Notes under the pieces: model-generated | What the model was told of the DNA's origin: nothing | The model's input: only the letters and a program-made list of their open reading frames with translations | Databases searched by the model: none | Origin: the human T2T-CHM13v2.0 reference genome, Homo sapiens | Length of the DNA: 64,000 nucleotides | Assembly (NCBI RefSeq): GCF_009914755.1 | Contig: NC_060929.1 | Direction: 5' to 3' (one strand) | Program-made: the position numbers and the translations under genes | Shown: positions 54,944-64,000 of the stretch, piece by piece | Layout: each line of letters begins with the position of its first letter | Numbering within the stretch: the first letter of the stretch is position 1

Positions 54944-57900
54944 TAGCTCATTTAAAAGTCTCTACCTACAAAAATAAATGAACAGTACTGGTAAAAATAA
55001 ATGTGTGAGTAAACACAGAACATTTCAAATTTATAAGATCTCATTTAAACATCACTGAGTATAAAACTAAGGCTACAATTAAGACTGTAATGATAAACTG
55101 TGGTGTAACGTGTAAGTAAAAACATAATTGCAAAAAATATGAAGAAATTAATTTATAAATTACATATTTGTAAGATACTAAAGTGTATATTAAGTGATAC
55201 AACATTACTTTAAGGTAATATTTGGTTGGTTAAAAATGCATGATGAAAACCCTAGGGCAACCACGCATGCATGCACACGGATACACATGAAAAAGTATAT
55301 TTCATAATCCGTTAGGGATGATAAGAATAAATTATAAAATAATTGATATGAGAAAAAAGGAAACCAAAACCAAACGGGACAAACAGAAAACAAATAGCTC
55401 ATGATATGGTTAACCATAATCACCTTAACAATTGCATGAAAACTAAATGGCTTGATTATTTCCTTTAAAGTTAAGAGCACTTAAACCTGAATGCAAAGTG
55501 TTACCTAATACTTGCTGCATATAATAAAGTCACATTAACTATAAATGCATAGATATTTGAAAAGTAACAGAACAAATAAAGCATATACCATGCCACCATT
55601 AATCAAAAGAAAGTGAGTAGCTATGTTAATATTGCATAATTTAGACTTCAGAATAAATATTACAGTGATAAAGAGCAAATTTTATATGATAAACTGGTAA
55701 AATAATTAAGAATCTGTAACAAGCTCAAATATGTATGCAAAGAACACCACATTTTATAGGTAACATCTATTATGACTCATTAGATCAATAGAAATATCTA
55801 TAAATATATTTATGATTTCAAAAAAACTCTCTAAAATATAATGTGAACCAAAATATTTGTAAATATATACAAATCTTGCTTGACATTATCAATTAAGACT
55901 CTATCAGACCTTTGTAGAATGCTTTCCTCAATAACATTATCATGTGTATCATCACAAGTGCAAAAGAAACATTCACTGATATAATTTTCTGGATCTTCTT
56001 TTTTGTTAGTTTTTTTTTTTTTAAAGGATTAATAAATTCAAAACAATTCAATTTATGCAAAGTAAATTTTCTGATCACGGCTAAATTCCCAAATACTAGA
56101 ATATTCAATAGTACATCACTAAATAAATACCCATTGATCAAAGGATAAATCACAAGGAAAATAAGAAAAAAAAATTGAAATGAATGAAGATGAAAGGAGT
56201 ATATCAAGATTTGTGGCACACAGTTAATGCAGCACTTTGCAGGGATAGGCATAGTAGTAAAAGCTTATATTAAAAGGCGTAAGTCAGAAAAAATTTTTAA
56301 AAATATCTAAATGTATACCTCATTAGAGAGAGAGAGAAATTAAGCAGAATTAAAAACATAAAAATCAATGAAATAGAATATGGTTAAAGAATAGCAACAA
56401 TCAAATAAAAGTTGGCCCTTTAAAAATATAATTAAGATTGATAAGCTATTAAAATAAAAGATTAAGATAAAATAATTTATTATAAATTATCAACATTAAT
56501 AATAAAGGACTAAAGTCCACGTCTTAATATTTAAATGCTATTTTTCCTACTGTTGAATATTAGGAACAGAGCAAAGTTTTTAGCTCTAATAATTTATATT
56601 CAATATCTTTTTAAAGAATTCAAGAAAGAAAAACTTAAAAAAGAGAAGAAAGAAGAAAGAGAGGAAGGAAAAAAGAGAGATCAAAAGGAAATAAATTTGA
56701 GAATAGTTAAATTCAGTCAGGTTTTTGTTCAGACAACATGATAGGCTATGTATAAAATTGTAATAAATTTTTTAAAAAGGAATCAGTACCTATGAGTTTA
56801 GCAAAGTATTTATGATACAATGTTAGTATAAAATTTACATGTATTACCATATACTAGTAATATCCCATTGAAAACTGAAATTTTAAAAACATCATGTACA
56901 GTAGCATCAAAAATATAAAATACTTGGGACCAACAATAAAATATGTACAAGATTGCATAGCGAAAAGAGCAAAATATTATTCAGATGAATCTTAGAAGAC
57001 CTGAATAAATTCATTTATTTCATTTAATTCCCAAGATAAATCCCAGTAGGCTTTCTGTTGAAATTGAAAAACGAGTTTTAAAGTCTATATGGAAATAAAA
57101 AGAACTTAAAAGAACCAAAACGGTTTTGTAAAAAGGAACAACAAAGTTTAAGGACTAACCATCCTGATTTCAGGATTTATGCTAATGCTTCAGTAATCAA
57201 GACAGTGATTGAGGCATTGGTTTAGGGATAGACATGTAAATTAATGGAACAGAATAACAAGGCCAGAAGTAGACTTACACATATGTATATGTGTACTTAT
57301 ACATTTGACTTTTGACAAAGGCACAAAGATAATTACTGAGGAAAGAATAATTTCTTCAAAAAGTTGTGTTTCAGCAGTCAGAAAGTACTAAAAAAATGAA
57401 ATAAATTTGAACTATTACCTGATATTGTAGGTAAACGCTAATTCAAAACGAATCTCAGACTTAAATGTAAAAGTAAATTATATTTTCACTCATTCGAGGA
57501 CAGAAAAAAATACATATAAAAGAAAAAAATAAAAACTGGGACTCTAAGCAAAACCAAAATTTTATTTGAAAATTTACTATCAAGAAAATGAAATGGAAAA
57601 CCACAAACTTGTGGAAATTATGTACATATCACATATTTGATCAAGGACTTATATCGACTACATATGAATAATTCTTATGGTTCAATAATGAAAAGACAAA
57701 TTATCCCAGAAAAAATAGGCAAATATTAGAACAAACACTTCACCAAAGAAGATATATGGATGCAAATAAACACATAAAATGTGCAATTTTATTTGATTAT
57801 TTAAAAATGCAAATTAAAACCACACAGCATCATTACTACACATGCAGTAAAATGAATAATTAAAACACTGACAATACCAGGTCTTGGAGAGAATGTAGAA

Positions 57901-59029
57901 AACTGGAACTTACATATATTGCTGTGTGAAATAGAAAAGATATAGCTATGTTGAAAAGAGTATTGTATTTTTTTGTAAAATTAAACATATACTTGCCATA
58001 CAATAAAGTACTGCACTCCTGGGACTTGAACCAAAAAAATTCAAAATCTTGAATATTCATAGCTACTTTATTTGTAATAGCTAAAATGCAGAGAAAGCCC
58101 AAATGTCCATGAACTGCTGATTGAATAAACCAGTTGTGGTGTAGCCACACAAAGGAATACTAGTCAACTAATTAAAATAAATTATTAATACATGAAACAC
58201 TATGGATGAATTTCAAAAGCATTACACTAATTGAAAAAGTAAAAGATTATTTTATATAAAGTTTTGATAAAGGGAATGACTTTTGTGACAGAAACATCAA
58301 TTACTGACAGAATCTTGGTGTAGGGGGAGGGCTTTCAGTGCAAAGGGGCAGAGTGGAACATACTGGAATGATGGAAATGTTCTATACCTTGATTGTGATT
58401 GTTGGTTACACACTGTATTTATTTCTTAAATAATCAATCCCTATAGTTATATAGTTATGATGAAAAAAATTTAAAAAATTGATATCCTTCTCTACATTTT
58501 TCTTATGGAGACAAGCGAAACAAATTTTGTTTCTTTGAATAACTTCTGAAAAATTTGTTAAATCAATGTAATCAGAAAAAAAGTTTTAAAAAAATTTTCT
58601 ATTCCTTCTATTTAATACTCTTCTGGAGGTCCTAACCAGTACAGTAAGGTGAGAAATAAAAACAAAATATAATGATGAGAAATAAATAAATATTCATGAC
58701 TGATGTGATGTTATATGTAAAACAATATAAAATAACTCACAGATCATGCATTCAAATTAGTAAGAGTATAGTCATGTTTACAAGAAAGGTATAGTAACCC
58801 CGAAAGTTTGCAACCTATTGCCTGTGCTCATGGTGCAGAGACTATGCTTCCAGTAAATAAGGAAGATAACCCAGTCAAATATCCTTGTAAAAATATTGAC
58901 AGACCTCCTGGCAATCAAACAAATAGTGTTTTCTTAGAGCAGAACGACTGTGGCAGTATAAACCTAGCCTGTCCACAGATACTTATAAAATCTATAGGTG
59001 ACATAGATTTTATAGACAGTCACATAAAT

Positions 59030-59226
59030 CAGGACTCAGCGAGCTTTTTTCTGTAAGGTAGCTACATAGTAAACAGCTCAGGCTTGCAGGTCACATGAAA
59101 TCTCTTTTACATATTTTTTTTTCTCTCTTCTTTTTGACAATAATTTTAAAAGCCATTCTTAGCTTACCAGCTATACAAAATCATGGTAAGCTGAATTTGA
59201 CCATTGGTCATAACCTGTCAATCCTT
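59030..59226. mobile_element. MER58-type hAT MITE
   Basis: CTTTTTCTGTAAGG...ATAGTAAA...CCATTCTTAGCT...TGAATTTGACC. Confidence 0.65.
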
Positions 59227-59559
59227 ATACAGATTATTAGAAAAAAAATTGAAGATGTGTCATGTCCAAAATGACTCTTCTATGAAAATTATGCATCTGT
59301 ATATATTACATAGAAACTCCATGTTAACCTGGGCAAGAATACCTGTTACTGCAGCCCAAAATGAAACTTTAAGCTGTGTTGGTGAACCCAGACCTCCTCT
59401 ACTGTGCATTGTAATCAATTAAATCCTGGCAACAATTAGGAAGGCTTGATACAGGGGAAGCTCTCTGGTTTGTGTGCATCTGATTGACAATTTGAATGTT
59501 TGGAATATCATATAGGCAAAATATAATAAATAATTATATTCTTCTCATGAGGAGTAAAA

Positions 59560-62095
59560 TAGCAGAAAACAGAATTAGTTTCACACCTTAAACAAACAAA
59601 AACTCAGACAAATTATATTTTTAAAAAATGGCTCTCAGACGTTGGTTGGCAGGAAGCATGAGGGAGGACTCCATCAGCAAAAGGGAACAATGAGTAGAGC
59701 CCAATGATTAGGTCAGCACCTTGCCTGGAGAGTGTTTCAGGCTAGAGTAGAGTGCATGAGAACTCAATAGAGCCTGGTTGTCTCCCTGATTCCAGGAGAT
59801 GAAGTTAGGGAGCCCAGGGTGTCTAGAATTCCTGAAAAAGTTAAGTCTACAAGAAAGACACCTTAAATACATGAACTCAAGATAAATATAAGAGAATACA
59901 AAAACTATGCCATGTTAACACTACTCAAGAAAAATCTGAAATCATATAATAAAACAAAACAAAATAAATTTGAGAGAATAAATGTTACCAGAGATAAAGC
60001 AGGTCATTTCAAATAATACAGGAGTCCACTAAAACTAAATATGTAAATGCAAATGAACCTATCATAAAACTAAATATGTAAATGCAAATGAACCTATCAT
60101 GAAGCATTATAAAACAAAAATGATACAAATAAAGTAGAAATAGACACATTTACAATGACAGTTGAAGATTCCAATACCACTTTTTGATAACTGATAGAAT
60201 AAGGCAGAAAACCCGTAAAAATCTGGAAGATGAGTAACATCATCAACCACTGACCTAATGGTAATTATGGAACACTCTATCCTACACCAAAACAAAGGGT
60301 ACTAATGTTCCAAGTGCACCTGGAACATTTTCCAAGGTAGACCACATCTAGTCCCACAAAATAAGTCATAGTGAATTTGCAATTAGTAAAATAACACAGA
60401 GCTTGTCCACTGATAACAAAAATAAATTAATAATTAGTAAAAGAAATATATCAAAAGTACCAAAATATTTTAAAATTAAAAAACACTTTTCTGAATCAAC
60501 TATGGACCAAAGAAGAAATCACAAGAAACATTTTAAAATATTTTGAAAAAAACTGCAATTACGATGTGTTCAAAATTGTGGGTTGCAGCTAGGAAAAAAA
60601 GAGCATTTCCCAATTTATGAACTAAGTTTCCCACAGTAATAAGCTAAAAAAATAAAGAAATTTTACACTAGCAGAAGAAAGAAAATAATTTTTAAAATGC
60701 AAAAATTAATAAAATAGAAAAAGAATCACAATAGGATTAATAAAACCAAAAGGTCATTGTTTGAAAAGATCAATATATTTGATAAATTTCCTACCTGAAT
60801 TATCAGGAAAAGAAAAACAGAGAAATAACAAGGTAATATTATCAAGAATGATAAAGGAAGATATTACTAGAGATCCTAAGAGCATTTAAAGTATAATAAG
60901 GAAATATTATAAAGAATTCTTTGGTAATATATATCACAATTTAACGAAATGAACACATTTTTTGAAAGCACAGACTACTGAAGTTTGCTGAACAAGAGAT
61001 AACTTGAACAGTCATAAATCTATAACAAGTTGAATTCATAGTGAAAAAATTTCCATAAAAGATACCCAAGGCCCAGATGGTTTAACGGGGAAATTTTCTG
61101 AAACATTTAATGAGAAATGATACCAATTCAAAACAAGCTCTTTTAGAAAATAGAGAAGAAGCAAACACAATGGGTGAGGCTAGAATTACTGTGATACCAA
61201 AACTAGACAAAGTTATTACAAGTAAAACAAAACAGAACAAACGAAAAAACTGCAGACCAACATCTTTCATGAATATATGCAAAAATTTCAAGCAAAATGT
61301 TTGTAAGTCAAATCTGAAAATACATAAATATATACTATATTGTCACGCAATGGATTTTATCCTGGAAATACGAATTTGATACAACATTTTGATATCAATT
61401 AATTTAATTCACCATATTAACAAATTAAAAATAAAGGAAAGAAGCATTTGATCGCCTCTATAGATGTAGACATTTTTTTGGCACAATTCAACTCTAATAA
61501 TAATAAAAAGAGTTGCGTAAAACAGGAATAAAGATAATTTCTTCAACCTAACAAAAGACATTGATGAAAATTCTACAGCTGATGTCAAAACAATGGTAAA
61601 ACTGTGATTATTCTCATCCTAAAATCAATAAGAAGGCAAAGCTGTTGACTCTTATACTGTCTTCTCAACATTTAACCAAAAGCCTTAGTTAGTGCAGTAA
61701 GATGAGAAAAATAAGTACAAACTGATACTCTTTATTTTCAGAAAACACATAATTGTCCATGTAGATAATTCTAATGCAACTCTAAAAGCGAACAAAACAA
61801 AACAAAAACTATTAAAACCAACAATTGAGTTTAGCAATGTTAGAGGATAAAGTCAATAGAGAAAAATTAGTTCTATTTTAAATATGCAGAAATTGAAAAT
61901 TTTAAAAATTATAGAATTTTAAATACCATCAGTAGACATTAGGAATTTAAAAGTAAATTTGAGTGACACTATGAATGACCTATCCCCTGAAATCTACAGA
62001 ACATTTCTAAGAGAATTTAAAGACAAAAATCAATGCAGAGATATACCATGTTCTTTGATTGGAAAAATCAATAGGTGTAATATGTCAATTTTATA
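59560..62095 (+). mobile_element. Old L1M 5' region and ORF2
   Basis: ORF2 motifs (CAAGTGCACCTGGAACATTTTCCAAG, CAAGGCCCAGATGGTTT). Confidence 0.75.
60030..60100 (+). repeat. Perfect 35-bp tandem duplication
   Basis: TAAAACTAAATATGTAAATGCAAATGAACCTATCA x2. Confidence 0.95.
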
Positions 62096-62199
62096 TAATA
62101 TTTTGATTGTGATTACATGCATTTGATGTATATACACCCGTGAATCCAACACCATAATCAGAATTAACCTGTCAACACCAAAAGCTTCCTACTTCTTAT

Positions 62200-63453
62200 T
62201 GTCACAGGATCTTTCACATGTCACTTCACCAGCTGGAAACCTCTGTGGCTGGCAGTGCCTCTGCTTAAGTTTACTTGCACCCGCTGGGCTCGTTCCGCCC
62301 ACTTGGCCCACCAGGTTGCCTCAGTTTGTACTACTGGCCCGGATCCCTTGCCCTTCAAAGGCGTACCAGGCATGGAGCAGCAAGGGGTGTATGAGCGAAC
62401 AAAGCGGTGTATGAGCGAGTGAGTGCGCTGTTTGGCCAGAGCTCACAGCCAGGCATGTTGGCAGCTGTGGAGGGCCAGACACCTCCAGGTGCCAGCACAG
62501 GTGCCGGCCCTGTGCGAGACTGTGGCTGGACTAGGCATACCCCAAGTAGATTCTGCTGCGGGTGCCAGCATCTAGACAGAGGGAATGCGGTGGTGTTTAA
62601 AAACTCAGTGACACCAGCAACCGTGAAGCCCCCAGGGCTGGAGAGGGCATACTACAGCTCTCATTCCTGCCGCCCATATATCACCGAATGGTGGGGGTAG
62701 GGGAGATGTATTTTCAGCTTGTTGAGCCCTGCAGCCTCGCTCCAGCCGAGGGCTCCCAGGCTGGCCTGGTCCCGCCAGTACTTCCTGTCGTGTGGAGCAG
62801 CTACCTGACATTGGCGGAGGGTAGGAGGGCTATATATAGTATTACAATTCTGGCTCGGGGATTCCCGAGGTCTGGGCCCCTAGAAGGATTGCTGCTCTTT
62901 ACTCCTCCAGTTTGGCAAATGCGAGCAGGTCACTACCTACAGCTCAGCGCGCTCGTCAGGAACATGTTATAGCTCCTTTAGCTCCTACCTGCAGCTTGGC
63001 GATCCGGCCAGGAAAGCGTTACAGCCCTTTTTGCACCCGCTGTTCTGTGGGTCCCGGGTTTATGTCCAGGAAGAATGAAGTTGCACGGTCAACTGAAGGG
63101 TGAGCACGGTGGAGAAGAGTTTTACTGAGTAACAAAACAGCTCTCAGCAGCGAGAAAAAGCTGAAGACGGTAGCTCCTAACGCAGCCTGGTAGTCGACAG
63201 CTGTGGCCGAGTCCAGGGGTTTTTATATGCTCAGAATGAAGGACGTGCATGCTGATTGGTCCATGGGTGGGCTCTGAAAGAAGAACCATTTGATTGGCTG
63301 AAAGGCATCAGGAAGTTCTCACTTCCGGTTGTGGATTCTACCTGGAACTGGCAGCCCGGTTTTCAGGCTTTTCAGGCTTTGGCTTGAAAGTTGGATTTCA
63401 CCAGGGACCCACCCTGATCTGCCTAGGAATTTGTCTGCCTCCTGCCACTATCA
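62200..63453 (-). mobile_element. MER52-type ERV1 solo LTR
   Basis: TGTCACAGGATC...CTGCCTCCTGCCACTATCA termini, about 1.25 kb, GC-rich; near-TSD TTAT/CTAT. Confidence 0.8.
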
Positions 63454-63457
63454 CTAT

Positions 63458-64000
63458 TATAAAACATCCCTTCCTCCAATTACATATGCAGGGAACCACC
63501 GATTACTTTGTCAATATTATGTATTTTCTAGAATTGTGATAAAGCTAATTATACAGTATGTGATCATTTTATCTGGCTTTTTTATTCAACATACTTATTT
63601 CAACATTCAGCCACATTGATATATGTATCAAAAACATGTTTTTTGTATTTATTGCTGAATAGCAGTCCACTCTATGGGCATATCATGATTTTATCCATTT
63701 TGTTGTTAATGAGTTGTTGATTTGCTGCTGATTTTTGGCTCTCACAAAGTTGCTACCAACATTCATGTACAGATTACTGTGTGGACATATGATTTTGTTT
63801 CCTAGCATAGACACCAGCTAATGAAATGGAGTGGTTCTATGGAAGAGAAAATTTAAATATTCAAGAAATTCCAAACATTTTTTCCCAAGAGAATTTACCA
63901 GTATTCATTCCCACCAGAAATATGGTGGAATTGCTCCCCACGCCCACAACACTTGGTCTGGAGATTCTTTTTATTACCGCCATTCCACAGTGTATGAAAT
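63458..64000 (-). mobile_element. L1ME-type 3' region (left part at about 62105-62199)
   Basis: Antisense L1M 3' UTR motifs continuing across MER52. Confidence 0.7.

Overview
AT-rich mammalian genomic DNA, almost certainly human: an Alu at 37084-37389 carries all five AluYa5 diagnostic bases, and THE1, MST and L1PA elements are present. Most of the window is decayed, often nested, interspersed repeats: L1 of many ages, Alu/FLAM, MaLR and ERV1 solo LTRs, Tigger1, Tigger3a, MER5, MER58, L2 and CR1. I recognise no intact protein-coding gene; the supplied ORFs are repeat-derived or chance. Main observations: (1) a 359-bp, apparently 100% identical inverted duplication of sequence I do not recognise as a repeat (16464-16822 / 18668-19026), with a 1845-bp spacer and a perfect 13-bp fold-back hairpin at one breakpoint; (2) a 'tailless' 5' fragment of tRNA-Arg(ACG) retroposed into an old L1, with a target-site duplication; (3) twin-primed (5'-inverted) L1 insertions; (4) a multi-level nested repeat stack ending in an AluYa5; (5) a tentative set of minus-strand exon-like segments that could be a decayed multi-exon gene. 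Subfamily names and most repeat boundaries come from recalled consensus motifs read by eye and are approximate unless a TSD or TIR is quoted.
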